Origin: Octopus sinensis
Lineage: Eukaryota
Assembly: GCF_006345805.1 (NCBI RefSeq)
Contig: NC_043000.1
Location: 150,908,001 to 150,972,000 of the forward strand
Length of the DNA: 64,000 bases
Direction: 5' to 3'
Under the pieces are notes generated by a model, which saw nothing but the letters and a program-made list of their open reading frames with translations, ran no database searches and was not told the origin of the DNA. This document shows, one piece after another, positions 10,871-24,784 of the stretch (the first letter of the stretch is position 1; every line of letters begins with the position of its first letter). The translations under genes and the position numbers were made by a program.

Positions 10871-11263
10871 CGCAGGAGTGGCTGTGTGGTGCTAAACCAA
10901 TCACATGGTCCGGGTTCAGTCCCACTGCGTGGCATCTGGGCAAGTGTCTTCTGCTATAGCCCCGGGCTGACCAATGCCTGTGAGTGGATTTGGTAGAGGA
11001 CAACTGAAAGAAGCCTGTCGTAATATGTATATATATAAATATGATGGGTGTGTGTTTTTGTCTGTGTTTGTCCCCCTAGCATTGCTTGACAACCAATTCT
11101 GGTGTATTTACGTCCCCGTCACTTAGCGGTCCGGCAAAAGAGACCGATAGAATAAGTACTAGGCTTACAAAAAATAAGTCCCGGGGTCGATTTGCTCGAC
11201 TAAAAGGCGTTGCTCCAGTATGGCCACAGTCAAATGACTGAAACAAGTAAAAGAGTAAAGAGT
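10868..11263 (+). mobile_element. SINE family A
   Basis: Full head-to-tail match to 4906-5348. Confidence 0.9.
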
Positions 11264-11903
11264 ATATAAAATTCAAAGAAGCTGATGTTGGTCTATGTCG
11301 ATAAGACTTGATTTATTTAGTAAAATCGACAAAAAGCGTACTACAAAAACAATTTTAGACAGAGACCTTCTCCAGGAAAAGTTCACAGGATGGAAACAAA
11401 AAACAAGCATGGCGTGGCACAAATCTCGATTGAGGTGTTTGAGATTAGGTATAATGAAATGGATGGTTCGCAAAATTCAGTGGTTGTATACAATCCAAAG
11501 AGGCTAGTCTGTCTGTCTATTGGTCAGTCTGTCTGTTGGTCAGTCTGTCTGTCTATCTGGCTCCTTTCTCTCTTCCCCTTCCCTCTCTATCTCTCTCTCG
11601 CTGCATATATATTTATGTTATTTGGCTAATCCTTCTCTCGTAATGTGGGAACTAATGTCCTTAAGGTCTTCTCTTAGATACTCGATAGGTACTTTTCCTC
11701 ACAACACAGATACCACGCACGCGATACCATTGAATATTTAATAAGATTACGATTAAGATATCATACTCCAGTATATAATTACGTCATCAGCGGGATTTGG
11801 GGGGAAACTGTGTGGAAACAGAGTAATCTCAGTACTACAATAAATACTCACTATATCTGTATCGAGTATGTTTTCATTTTGATTGAAAACCCTGACGTAC
11901 ACA

Positions 11904-11904
<1 letters not shown>

Positions 11905-11950
<46 letters not shown>

Positions 11951-11961
11951 ACAGACACACA

Positions 11962-11994
<33 letters not shown>

Positions 11995-12335
11995 GACACA
12001 CACTCACACACACTCACACACACACACACACACTCACACACACACACACAGAGACACACACTCACACACACTCACACACACACACACACACACATACACA
12101 CAGACACACACACACACACACAAGACATACACACATATTTATATTGCGTTTGAATAGAATATTTTACTTGAAATCTAATATATCTGCATCTTCGTTGTTC
12201 ATATGGCAAATGTATGTATGTGTATGTATGTATGTATGTATGTATGTAGTATGTATGTATATATATATATATATATGTATGTATATATGTATGTATGTAT
12301 ATGTATGTGTATAATATAATATATATGTATGGTAT

Positions 12336-12371
<36 letters not shown>

Positions 12372-12450
12372 GATGTATATATATATATATATATATGTAT
12401 GTATATATATATTATGTATGTATGTATGTATGTATGTATGTATGTATGTA

Positions 12451-12511
<61 letters not shown>

Positions 12512-12530
12512 TTGTTGTATGTATGCATTT
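11905..12530. repeat. Compound (CA)n/(TATG)n/(TA)n microsatellite block
   Basis: Direct reading. Confidence 0.95.
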
Positions 12531-13123
12531 ATGTTGCATACATATACATAAAGGAAGCTCATTATTTCGGCTGAAGCAGGTCACTGTTTTACCAGATGTG
12601 ATAACCTCGACGACAGACTAGAAATAATGAAGAAGTTTTGATGTGTTAATTAAACGAATCGGTCGGCATTCCAGTATTCCAGGCGATATCCCCTCATTAA
12701 TCATCATCTATGTCACACAGATCACTGGTTTATTACTCTTGCTGCTCTTGTTTTATTGCCTGTGCAGAAATTGTGGTTGTACCGTTATCATCTTCGTCAC
12801 TTTATTTCGATTACGATGATCATAGATGTTATTACTACGACCGTAATCATCGTTAGCAAGAACAATAGAAGTAGAAGCAGCAGCAGCAGAAGCAGTAGCA
12901 GCAGTTTCAATAACTACAATAATATAAGCATTACCCAATAGTGTGTTATGCAATGCTGTTGTTATTCGATCCCAGGTCACTCCTGATTGCAGAACTTTGT
13001 AATTAAGAATAGCCGTCGACCATTTCTTCAACGCGAAACATGATGGCTGCGTTGTCAGTTAGAGCTCATATTCTAAAACAAGACGGAACGAAAGCTGTTC
13101 GAAGGACACAGTTGGTGGACGTA

Positions 13124-13717
13124 CGAGCTGGCAGAAACGTTAGCGCGCCGGGAGAAATGCTTAGCGGTATTTCGTCTGTCGTTACGTTCTGAGTTCAAAT
13201 TCCACCGTGGTCGACTTTGCCTTTCATCCTTTCGGAGTCGATAAATTAAGTACCAGTTACGCACTGGGGTCGATGTAATCGACTTAATACCTATGTCTGT
13301 CCTTGTTTGTCCCCTCTATGTTTAGCCCCTTGTGGGTAATAAAAAAATAAGTATTTCGTCTGCCGCTACGTTCTGAGTTCAAATTCCGCCGAGGTCGACT
13401 TTGCCTTTCATCCTTTCGGAGTCGATAAATTAAGTACCAGTTACGCACTGGGGTCGATGTAATCGACTTAATACCTATGTCTGTCCTTGTTTGTCCCCTC
13501 TATGTTTAGCCCCTTGTGGGTAGTAAAGAAATAAGTATTTCGTCCACCGCTACGTTCTGAGTTCAAATTCCGCCGAGGTCGACTTTGCCTTTCATCCTTT
13601 TGGGAACGATTAAATAAGTACCAGTTACGCACTGGAGTCGATATAATCGACTTAATCCGTTTGTCTGTCCTTGTTTCTCCTCTCTGTGTTTAGCCCCTTG
13701 TGGGTAGTAAAGAAATA
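13124..13717 (+). mobile_element. SINE family B, one head + three 184-bp body units
   Basis: Head CGAGCTGGCAGAAACGTTAGC; GTATTTCGTC unit starts at 13167, 13351, 13535; each unit ends AAA(G/A)AAATA. Confidence 0.92.
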
Positions 13718-13739
13718 GGTACGATGTAACGACAAAGTC

Positions 13740-15000
13740 GCAAGTCAGTCTTTGACTTACAAGCAGATTTGGCCGGTGTTCCAGCAGCACTTTTCTCAAC
13801 TTCTCCGACTAAGCGATAAGTCAGAAACGATATAGTACTTAAGTGTTTTTCACTTTAGTACCTATATTAAAAGCCTGTTACTTTTTGGCAGAAGGAGCGG
13901 GGTAGTGCGAAGGGCCAATAAAAGTAACTGAGATACGGGAGGTGCTGAATGGCTGTGGAGGGGACAAATTGTCTGGTTTGGATAGTCTTCCCCATGAGTT
14001 TTATGGTTATATGTCAGATCTGTGCGCCATCTTCTTGGTAAACATCTATCGCAAGTGACAGGAGCAGGAGCGAATTCCCACTTCTGTGCGCCGAGGAGTG
14101 TTAACACTGCTCATCTCAGACGGGGCTGCAGTCCTGGGTCAACACTAAAATTTAGCGTCTGGCACCTGAAATGTTATCAGGTGCTCACCGCTCAGTCGGG
14201 CAATGCGTCGGTAGAAGTTCTACGTTAACAATATATAAAACCATCTGTTATATACATAACTATCCGTTTCCGGATTTAATCTCACTGTACCGCATCTTCC
14301 GAAAACTGAAGATCATTTACGTTATTTTCAACAGTGTCGGCGACCCAAAAAGAGGATCATTGGGGCTACATTTCCTCCTCTGACTAATCTATAAAAGATA
14401 GAAGGACCATGAATTTCTTTACGCTTGTAGCCTTGAAAACTTGATGGTGAAAAGAGGTCTAAAAATTTGATAATTTCAATTGTGCTGAACTAACAGATAT
14501 TACTTCTGAGTGATTAAATATCGTTCTATCTAACATTATTCGTGGTGAGAGAGAGAGAGAGAGAGAGAGGGGGGAGAGCGAGAGAGAGGGGGGTAGAGCG
14601 AGAGAGAGGGGGGTAAGAGGATACGCTAGGCATCGACGAAGACAAACTAGCTGCTTTGTTTCAGAGGACTTTCGGGTCGGGGAAACAATGCAGACACAAT
14701 ACAGTGTCCGAGTATTGCAGACTTATGGAGTTATGTTGAACGAATCTGACTATCGGTCGAGTCAGTCGTTAATGTCGCTCCATCTTTATCAAGGCAGAAC
14801 AGGCGGTGTTCAGCTGCCTAGTGGCTATGGCGAAAGAATCTGTGTGCCGGACAGGACTCCTTTCTCGTTGGTCACCGAGGTTTTTAAGCTCCATTTGGAA
14901 AGGAAAGTGTTTTCTCTTCCAGCGAATTTTCTCTCCCAGTGAATTTGTCAGAAGCCATGTTGCTGAGACAAAAATGGTTAGGGTGACTGGACCTATCTAA
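13740..15000 (+). mobile_element. Old, internally deleted L1/Tx1-clade remnant (RT N-terminal part + C-terminus), interrupted by a 300-bp insert
   Basis: 13906-14016 reads CEGPIKVTEIREVLNGCGGDKLSGLDSLPHEFYGYM, then IPTSVRRGVLTLL; 14620-14900 matches 6040-6520 (LGIDEDKLAALFQRTFGSG; IADLWSYVER; LVAMAKE; FKLHLERKV). Confidence 0.75.
14240..14548. repeat. About 300-bp unclassified sequence duplicated at 22605-22888 (same orientation)
   Basis: Long shared blocks, e.g. GTTATTTTCAACAGTGTC(G/A)GCGACCCAAAAAGAGGATCATTGGGGCTACATTTC and CATGAATTTCTTTACGCTTGTAGCCTTGAAAACTTGATGGTGAAAAGAGGTCT. Confidence 0.9.
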
Positions 15001-15161
15001 GCTTTCACCTATTGATTGGAGAACAACAGTTGGGAGAGCATACGCGCCCTTGGCGCCCAGAGTGAAACTGAATTTGTAGGGTTCCGTGATTGGTCCTAGT
15101 TGGAGGTAGTCCTTTATCAGGAGTACTGCATCTTAGATGTGTTCACATATCTTGCGTGCCA

Positions 15162-15564
15162 TACTCTTTTACTTGTTTCAGTCATTTGACTGCGGCCATG
15201 CTGGAGCATCGCCTTTAATCGAGCAACTCGACCCCGGGACTTATTCTTTGTAAGCCCAGTACTTATTCTACCGGTCTCTTTTGCCGAACCGCTAAGTAAC
15301 GGGGACATAAACACACCAGCATCGGTTGTCAAGCAATGCTAAGGGGACAAACACAGACACACAAACACACACACGCATACACATATATACATACATATAT
15401 ACGACAGGCTTCTTTCAGTTTCCGTCTACCAAATCCCCTCACAAGGCATTGGTCGGCCCGAGGCTATAGCAGAAGACACTTGCCCAAGGTGCCACGTAGT
15501 GGGACTGAACCCGGAACCATGTGGTTGGTAAACAAGCTACTTACCACACAGCCACTCCTGCGCC
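15162..15564 (-). mobile_element. SINE family A
   Basis: Reverse-complement match to 4906-5348. Confidence 0.9.
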
Positions 15565-15692
15565 ATATATACTTTTATTTCATTTCCGCCCCCCATCCTC
15601 TCTCTTCTTCTCCTTACCTTTGTAAACACCTACACAGGTTGTATACTGTGTTGCAATGTCACCTCATTTGGTGCCTCCGTGGCAAATAAAAG

Positions 15693-15733
<41 letters not shown>

Positions 15734-16168
15734 TATGATTTCTTACGCATTCTTCACCATTATTTTAAATCGCGGTGGTGTTGGTTTGAATAATATAGTA
15801 TTTCCTTGCATGGCTCATATAGCATATTAAGGAACACAGAATCTATATAGGAAACATCGTTTGAATGAAACCATATACTTCCCAACCCATTAAATGACAA
15901 GGATTAACTGGTACACTTGTAAGATATCTAATGTTACTTAAAACTGTCTCTGTTTGAAGTAACATTAGATATTGCATAGCATATGCGCATAGACACAAAC
16001 ATAGGCACCCTCACACACACAGCCTGTAGAGCGATTATATATTCTTGCAACTGATGAAAGGCGCATATCCATAAGATTCCAAGTGCACTTTCACCAAATT
16101 CTTTAATCTCTTATACAGAGCGATGTGTATAATGATACACATGATTTTTAGATGCATAAGTACTAGAG

Positions 16169-16219
<51 letters not shown>

Positions 16220-16576
16220 CATACATGCATAAATACAAACATTTACACACACACACCCACATATATCCATTCTCGTATATACACTCTTTTCAAGATTCTT
16301 TCCGTGTGCGTAATGAACACGAAGAAATGTTTTAGGGGTGGGGTGGAGGAAACCCCACGAAAAACGAGGCAGAAAAATATATCAAAAGTAAAAAGCCTCT
16401 TACTGCATTGATTACAATGCTCATATATTCATAAATATATACCTTTTTTCCCCGCACATACACATATATATAGACATGTACATATTCATACACATGTATA
16501 CACATACATTCATATTCACACACATATGCATCCGCACACACTTTTGACGTGTATGTGTGCGCGTACATATATATAT

Positions 16577-16635
<59 letters not shown>

Positions 16636-16681
16636 GTATATATATGTATATATATATATATATATATAATATAATATGTAT

Positions 16682-16723
<42 letters not shown>

Positions 16724-18165
16724 TATATATGTATAACTATATACCCACGTACACACACAAACATGCACACAGACACGCACAGAACACCCCACCCCACATA
16801 AGTCTTCACACACATATATGCATGTATAATAAGATATTTATGGATATATATGTCTAATATATATGAACGTCTAATATGTATGTATACATATCTATTATGC
16901 ATGCATACATATCTATTAGAAGTAGAGAAAAAGAAAGAGATGGAGTGGGAGGAGAGAGAGAGAGAGAGAGAGGAGAGAAGGAGGGGAGAAACAGAAGTAT
17001 CTATAAAGTTTGGAATTGTGTGCTTACACTAATTTAATATTCCTTAAAGTATTTATAAAAACATGGACTCAGTATATAGTCTACCTCTTTTCAAATTTTA
17101 TAGAGTATTAGTTTTACCCTAAAGTAATTGAATACAATTCTAATAATATTTAATTATATAATTTCTAAACTACCAACTCGGTTCCTCCATTTAGTCGCAG
17201 ACGGTTAATTTTAATGTATGAACGAATGAAAGAGTTGTGCTTTTATTTCAGGCTCAATCTTGGCTGTAATCATACCACATAGGTTATACATATCCATTTA
17301 TCATAGCTGTATGTGAATATGTCTTTTTTTTTTATTTATTGGTGGTCTTATCAGAATTTGAAGGTCAGCGTTCATGAATTTTAGCAAGGAGTGGAGTGAA
17401 GAGATATCTAATTATCCTCAGCAATATAAACTTAGTCCAAATGCTAGTAATTGAGTGAATTTCACTAAAAGCTTCCAAGAATTATATGAAGATGTCACAT
17501 GGAGTGATGGATTGGTGGGTCTACCACCCCAAAACATGTACAGTCCAAGAGGTTTGCACAAATTTTTTTTTGTTCTCGAAGTAATGGTAGAAAACATATA
17601 ACTGAAATTCAGTACATGAAACCAAAGTCCTGTGCATTGAGATCAAATCCGGAACCACGTCATTGCAATTCGAACTTCGTATCCATTTCTTTACGTCCAT
17701 TCCGATGATTAATATACTATTACTCGCGCACCTGTCTAATTAACATGCATCTACATTTTGTTAATCATTTAATTTTCATACCTGTAGTACTATCTGTCAC
17801 ATATAGCTATACAAAATGTCTATAGCTATACACTCGCTTAAAAAAATTGCCATTTGAAAAGTTGTGCCGTTTTCAGTTAAATTGTAAACGAAATCTCCAT
17901 GTAATATACGCATTTGTCAAATTATTTTATAGTCATTTATCTTATTTTATTACCTTACACTTTTATTTTCTAATTAAGTGTTATATATTCGAATTCATGA
18001 ATACGATCTCTTTATATGTTATGCAATGATTATACCATATGTTTACATTCGGGGCAAACTAAAACGTGAACATGCAAAAAGAATACGCGAAAGTAGGCTG
18101 CTACGTGAGAATTCAGTGTGACTTGAAACCACGTCTCTTCGTTGATGCCCCATAGTAGCGACTCA

Positions 18166-18573
18166 TACTCTTTACTCTCTTTTACTTGTTTCAGTCATTT
18201 GACTGTGGCCATGCTGGAGCACCGCCTTTAATCGAGCAACTCGACCCCGGGACTTATTCTTTTGTAAGCCCAGTACTTATTCTATCGGTCTCTTTTGCCG
18301 AACCGCTAAGTGACGGGGACATAAACACACCAGCATCGGTTGTCAAGCAATGCTAGGGGGACAAACACAGACACACATACGCATATATATATATATATAC
18401 ACATATATACGACGGGCTTCTTTCAGTTTCCGTCTACCAAATCCACTCACAAGGCATTGGTCGGCCCGAGGCTATAGTAGAAGACACTTGCCCAAGGTGC
18501 CACGCAGTGGGACTGAACCCGGAACCATGTGATTGGTAAGCAAGCTACGTACCACACAGCCACTCCTGCGCCT
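18166..18573 (-). mobile_element. SINE family A
   Basis: Reverse-complement match. Confidence 0.9.
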
Positions 18574-19889
18574 AAGATTCTTGAACAATACTGACCCCAA
18601 ATTAGTACCTGTATATCAACATGCACTGTCTTTTGAGATATCTTTGAATCCTGAAACACTCAGTTCTTTTCTTATCTGTGTGTGCTTTAATTTGTTAACG
18701 TCTCGAAATTACTTTTATGATATATTGCCGAAAGTGACTACACGTCTATTTGGCCCAGCTAATTTTAAAGAAATATGTCTGTAGATCTATGATGATTGTA
18801 ACGATTACGTTAAACTAGTAGTACCTGTAGAAATTTCGCAATTATTTTAAAAGCTATATGATTGTTAGAAATTTTTAGACAATTTCTTTTGAATATGTAT
18901 CTGTTCTGAAATATTTTATTCTTAAAGTGGTGTGATATTCGTATTGGCAGAAGTGAAAACATCGTCGTACTCCCGAGAGCCTCTTTGAAAACTATATTCT
19001 TTGTTATACTCTTGCCACCTCTTCTGCTTTCAGGGTTGTTAACGTCAAGGAGCAAACAAATCTTATCTATAAAACAAAATTATCTATAATGTTATTCTGT
19101 TACAGTGTGACTAACCTTTTTATAGCTTTTACAAATCTTAATGTGTTGTTACGTTCACCTATAATTTTCTGAACGATTTGCATGAGAAAAACTTTGATTA
19201 GTAGCAGAGGATAGGAAGAAGGCGTCAACAGAAAAGTAAATATGATATTAATAGCTCGATCAATACAGAATACACATTGAAACAGTTTACTTCAGAAATA
19301 CAAGTATGCAATACTCCGAAAACTGGGTAGATATATATATAAAGATAGCGTCTTTGGTCTAAAGAACAGTTTAGTACTGCAGAAGTAGAAATTTAGACAG
19401 AGGAATCAACACTTCTAGTTTACTGGAGTTGAAGAGATCTTTACTTGAGACATAAAAAAAAAAAAGTAGTGATGTAATGAGAAGAATGATAACCTAGAAA
19501 TATAGCTTTAACTGTGCAGACATGTTCAAAGATCTAAATGGAAATGTTATTATTCACCCGAGTTTAAGTATCCTTTCTATTTGAAGGAGAATACTTGGGT
19601 GTTGTAATTCTGTAATGAAAATGGACAACGATAGAGAATTGGTAAGAGTTCATAAAAGACAATAGTGACAATAGTGAGAATAGCAACAGACAAAAGAAAA
19701 CATAGCACAGTGGTAAGTAAAACGTTGAATAATTTTAGCATAATTATGATTGACTGAAGAGAATAACATTCCAAAAGCAACTACAAATTCAATAAATAAT
19801 AATAATAATATGGTGATGTTAAAGGTGATGATGATGGTAGTTGTAGTGGTGATGATTATTATGATGTCGAGGAAGATGGTAATGTAGTA

Positions 19890-20280
19890 AGGAGTGGCTG
19901 TGTGGTAAGTCGCTTGCTAACCAACCACATGGTTCTGGGTTCAGTCCCACTGCGTGGCATCTTGGGCAAGTGTCTTCTGCTATAGCCTCGGGCCAGCCAA
20001 AGCCTTGAGAGTGGATTTGGTAGACGGAAACTGAAAGAAGCCTGTCGTATATATGTATGTGTGTGTGTGTCTGTGTTTGTCCCCCTAGCATTGCTTGACA
20101 ACCGATGCTGGTGTGTTTACGTCCCCGTCACTTAGCGGTTCGGCAAAAGAGGCCGATAGAATAAGTACTGGGCTTACAAAGAATAAGTCCCGGGGTCGAT
20201 TTGCTCGACTAAAAAGGCGGTGCTCCAGCATGGCCGCAGTCAAATGACTGAAACAAGTAAAAGAAAAAAAAAAAAAGAAA
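19890..20280 (+). mobile_element. SINE family A
   Basis: Full match; A-rich tail. Confidence 0.9.
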
Positions 20281-20681
20281 AAAATTCCTTTATCTTTAAC
20301 TTGTTTCACTTATTGTTGACGGCGTCCAGGCTGGAGCACTGCCATCAAAGGTTTTAGTTGCACACCAGTACTTGTTTTTAAGTGTTACTTTGCCGAACCG
20401 TTAAGTTATGAAGTTAAGCAAACAAACACCGGTGATCAAAGAGTGGTGGGGACAAACTCAAGCACAAAGATAAACACACACGCCCCCCCCTCCCGCCCGC
20501 AAGGATACCAGATTTTGTAGTTTTCTGGTAGTTAGGAGCCCGAACTCTCAGATAAGCGCATGGAGAGGCTGCTCTAATAACAGTTGTATAATATCAGTGT
20601 ATCTGTAGTGCCATGTGGGGGGCATGGATGGGTGTCCTTGCTGTTGCATCCGGAGGGCTTTCCCGAGGCTGGAATATTATA

Positions 20682-21095
20682 TATTTCTTTATTGCCCGCA
20701 AGGGGCTAAACATAGAGGGGACAAACAAGGACAGACAAAGGGATTAAGTCGATTATATCGACCCAGTGAGAAACTGGTACTTTATTTATCGACCCCGAGA
20801 GGATGAACGGCAAAGTCGACCCCAGCGGAATTTGAACTCAGAACGTAACGACAGACGAAATACCTATTTCTTTATTACCCACAAGGGACTAAACACAGAG
20901 CGGACAAACAAGGACAGACAAACGGATTAAGTCGATTATATCGACCCCAGTGCGTAACTGGTACTTAATTTATCGACCCCGAGAGGATGAAAGGCAAAGT
21001 CGACCCCGGCGGAATTTGAACTCAGAACGTAACGACAGACGAAATACCGCTAAGCATTTCGTCTGGCGCGCTAACGTTTCTGCCAGCTCGCCGCC
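20682..21095 (-). mobile_element. SINE family B, head + two body units
   Basis: Junction GACGAAATAC|CTATTTCTTT at about 20855-20873; head ends CTGCCAGCTCGCCGCC at 21095. Confidence 0.9.
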
Positions 21096-21169
21096 AGGGA
21101 AGCTGATTACTTGCTTACTTAAGGTGGAAATCATCCATGGGTGGTCTTTTTTTAAATAAATTCAATCAT

Positions 21170-22466
21170 GGCGGTCTCCAGTAAACAAAATCGCAAACCA
21201 GACTCAGCTAGTAATCTATGCCAATGACTCTGCTTTGTACTCTTGTCTGGAGAAATCTTACGACTTGTCTGATAAGGTTGAGATTACTGCTAACCTTGAG
21301 AATGATCTTCGATCTCTTGTTGAGTGGGGTAGGGAATGGCTTGTAATATTCAATCCGTCGAAAACCAAACTTCTTTCAATTAATCGCTTCAGACATCCTT
21401 CCTTGCCATTGGTTTCGATGGATGGTATCGACTTACCTGAGAGTCGTTCTCTTCGTCTCCTAGGAGTGACTTTCTGTAATGATTTTTCTTGGAGGACTTA
21501 CGTTGAATCTAATGCCAAATCAGCTGCAATGAAGGTAGGCTCACTCCTTCGTTCGAAGAGTTATCTCACTCCTAAGACTATTCTTTATCTTTATAAGACT
21601 ACCATTCGCCCCTGCTTTGTGTACTATTGTCATATATGGGAAGATGCTCCAGCGGATTGTTTAACTCTGTTGGACCGCATTCAACGCCGTATTTGTAATA
21701 CTATTGGTCCTGATCTATCTTCTAAATTGGATTCACTCTCTAATCATCGTCGTGTGGCTTCCTTGAGTGGAGGCACATGGCCTAGCGGTTAGAGCAGCGG
21801 ACCCGCGGTCGAGGGATCGCGGGTTCGAATCTCAGACCGGGCGATGTGTGTGTTTATGAGCGAAACGTCTAAGCTCCACGCGGCACCTGCAGAAGGTAAT
21901 GGCGAACTTCTGCTGACTCTTTCGCCACAACTTTCTCTCACTCTTTCCTTCTGCATCTTGCAACTCACCTGCGAAGGACCGGCATCCCGTCCAGGTGGGG
22001 GACCTATACGCCAAAGAAACCGGGAAACCGGCCCTTATGAGACAGGCATGGCTCGAGAAGGAACAAACAAGAATGTGTGGTATCCTTGTCTCTTTTCTAT
22101 AAGCATTTTCACGGACATTGTTCAGCTGAGCTCTCTTCTCCGGTTCCTCCTTTAAGAACTTATCAGCGATCAACTAGACTTGCATCCAGTTCTCATCAAT
22201 ATACTGTGCAACCTCCAAAGTGTCGTAAATCATTTTACAATACCAGTTTCTTCCCTCGTACCTCTGAACTTTGGAATTCCCTTCAGCAGTCTTGTTTTCC
22301 TCTTCAATATGACCTCCAGTCTTTTAAGTCTAATGTACATCGTCATCTACTGACTTCTGTCTAGCGTCTATTTTATCCTAGTAGTTCTGACATTTTCAGT
22401 GGTCTAAGGACCTTGTAACGAGCGAATGCTTTTAAAATAAATAAATAGATAAATAAATAAATAAAA
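21170..22466 (+). mobile_element. 5'-truncated CR1-group (CR1/Crack/L2-like) LINE with (TAAA)n tail, split by a SINE
   Basis: VIYANDSALY (YADD-like), FNPSKT, LLGV, IRP..YC.HIW, SFFPRTSELWNSL..FP..YDLQSFKS; tail TAAATAAATAGATAAATAAATAAATAAAA. Confidence 0.88.
21766..22074 (+). mobile_element. tRNA-derived SINE (family E-like head, different tail) with 14-bp imperfect TSD
   Basis: TGGCCTAGCGG A-box, GGTTCGAATC B-box; GTGTGGCTTCCTTG (21752-21765) vs GTGTGGTATCCTTG (22075-22088). Confidence 0.85.
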
Positions 22467-22604
22467 CTTCTCTTATTAAACTCATTTACTTAGTTTATTT
22501 CGACAGAAGCAGAAATACTTTTTTATTTTAGCTATAAATGTTTTCGATCTCTGTATTTCTATATGGACGCAGCTGTGGTCCTATAGTTAGAATGTTCGAT
22601 GTAT

Positions 22605-22888
22605 AACCATCTGTTTCCGGATCTGATCTCAATGTACTGCGTCTTCCGAAAGATCATTTCCGTTATTTTCAACAGTGTCAGCGACCCAAAAAGAGGATCA
22701 TTGGGGCTACATTTCTTCCTCTGACTAAACTGTAAGAAATAGAACGACCATGAATTTCTTTACGCTTGTAGCCTTGAAAACTTGATGGTGAAAAGAGGTC
22801 TGAAAATTTGATAATTTCAATTGTGCTGAACTAACAGACATTACTTCTGATTGGTTAAATATCGATCTATCTAACATTATTCGTGGTG
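22605..22888. repeat. Second copy of the unclassified 300-bp duplication (see 14240-14548)
   Basis: As above. Confidence 0.9.
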
Positions 22889-24019
22889 GTTATGGAAAAT
22901 GTCAATCGTAATCCTCCATCCACTATAGATGAAAGAAAATGTATTAAAATTTGTCTTCGTTAATTCATTCAAGAGACAGAAATTATCATCGTTAGAGAGT
23001 ATCATTTATTGAAAGATTTCAAGCGTAATTATCGTTTGTGAGGAGCATTTGTGAAGTTGAAATGTCTCTTAATGCCTTCTTCCATCAAAGTTTAAGACGT
23101 AAATAAATATTGAATGCTGCAAGTAAATTTGATGAAAATAATAAATAAACAAACAAACATTTGAAAATACTAAAAAGTAAAATCTATCCCATTTTTGTTA
23201 TCTAGATGTAGCAAATAAGATTTTTGGTGACTATAAAATTTTCCACTTCATTTATGTCATTTAGCAATGATACACTTTGCTGTACATCTTGAAAATTAGC
23301 AGAGTCATTTCACATCAAAAAGCAAGAAAAAGAAAGAAAAAAGAGCAATAATTTGCTTATAGCTATAATTACTGTATTCTTTGTTATTTTCGCTGTTCTT
23401 TAATATTCGAGCACTAATAGCTTCAAATTCTTTAATATTATATTTGGATGACAGAAAATAACCAAGAAAAGGAAGATAAGAGAAACTTCTTGCAGGATAT
23501 TCTGGAATTAATCAAAGTAAATTCCAGGAGGCAAGTTTATAATTTTTGTCCAAGCAATTTTAAATACGTTCGTCTCCGTCTCATATATATAATTCAACGT
23601 CATTTCTTTACATTAAACAATTAAAATAAACGATCTCTTAGTTAGATGGTTAGATATTTAACCGATTGACAAATATTAAACAAGTGGTATTGAACGAGGG
23701 CGTATATTTATTTTTATTTTTATGGGCATAATGATCTTTCCTACAAACGACACGAACGTCATCTATTCTCAGTAATTTAGACAGAGAATAATCTTATATC
23801 TTCTGTTAGCTAAAAAACATCCTCTCATGAAACTGAACCAAAGTTTTTGTTTTTTTCTATGAAAATACCATGTAAGTATTCCTGTAACAGGTATAATCAA
23901 TCACTGTAAACATTACATTTTTTTTTCTTGATGCTTATAGTGGCATCTTTTTCATAAGTCTACTGTCAGTGAAGGATAAGGCCTTCTAGCGAGATTTCGA
24001 TAATATATTCTTTTCTTTT

Positions 24020-24368
24020 CTGGGCACAAGGCCCGAAATTTTGGGGTAGGGGGTCAGTCGATTAGATCGACGCCAGTACGCAACTGGTATTTAATTTATC
24101 AACCCCGAAAGGATGAAAGGCAAATTCGACCTCGGCGGAATTTGAACTCAGAACGTAAAGACAGACGAAATACCTATTTCTTTACTACACACAAGGGGCT
24201 AAACACAGAGGGGACAAACAAGGACAGACACACGGATTAAGTCGATTACATCGACCCTAGTGCATAACTGGTACATAATTTATCGACTCCGAAAGGATGA
24301 AAGGCAAAGTCGACCTCGGCGGAATTTGAACTCAGAACGTAAAGATAGACGAAATACCGCTAAGTATT
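24020..24368 (-). mobile_element. SINE family B dimer; the two units carry different 3' tails
   Basis: Same GACGAAATAC|CTATTTC junction at about 24165-24180; distal unit ends in ..AATTTCGGGCCTTGTGCCCAGA instead of the usual tail. Confidence 0.8.
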
Positions 24369-24475
24369 TCGTCCGGAATTTTGACAATATATTGAAATAT
24401 AATTATTATTTACTTAAACTTTTTGATGCCATTATACTTTACATTAGTGGAACGACACTTATATAAAGTCTTGTA

Positions 24476-24708
24476 AGGCGGCGAGCTGGTAGAAACGTTA
24501 GCGCGCAGGGCGAAATACTTTGCGGTATTTCGTCTGACGTTACGTTCTGAGTTCAAATTCCGCCGAGGTAGACTTTGCCTTTCATCCTTTCGGGGTCGAT
24601 CAATAAAGTACCAGTTTCGCACTGGGGTCGATGTAATCGACTTAATCTCTTTACCTGTCCTTGTTTGTCCCCTCTATGTTTAGCCCCTTGTCGGTAGTAA
24701 AGAAATAT
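24476..24708 (+). mobile_element. SINE family B monomer with 15-bp TSD
   Basis: ATATAAAGTCTTGTA at 24461-24475 and 24709-24723. Confidence 0.93.
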
Positions 24709-24784
24709 ATATAAAGTCTTGTACGTTACTTCTAAATTAGAAAACGTAAAAAAAAAAACCAATCACATCGTATAAGATAAATAC

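Noticed and set aside
16045-16095. CTGATGA followed by palindrome AAGTGCACTT
   Set aside because: GAAA is missing and stem I does not pair; at most a relic.
18060-18110. GTGAACA..GAAA variant-hammerhead look-alike
   Set aside because: Stem II only 2 bp, position 16.1 is G rather than U, no stem I.
18810-19800. Possible very old LINE RT remnants
   Set aside because: Only scattered short resemblances across frames; cannot be supported without a search.
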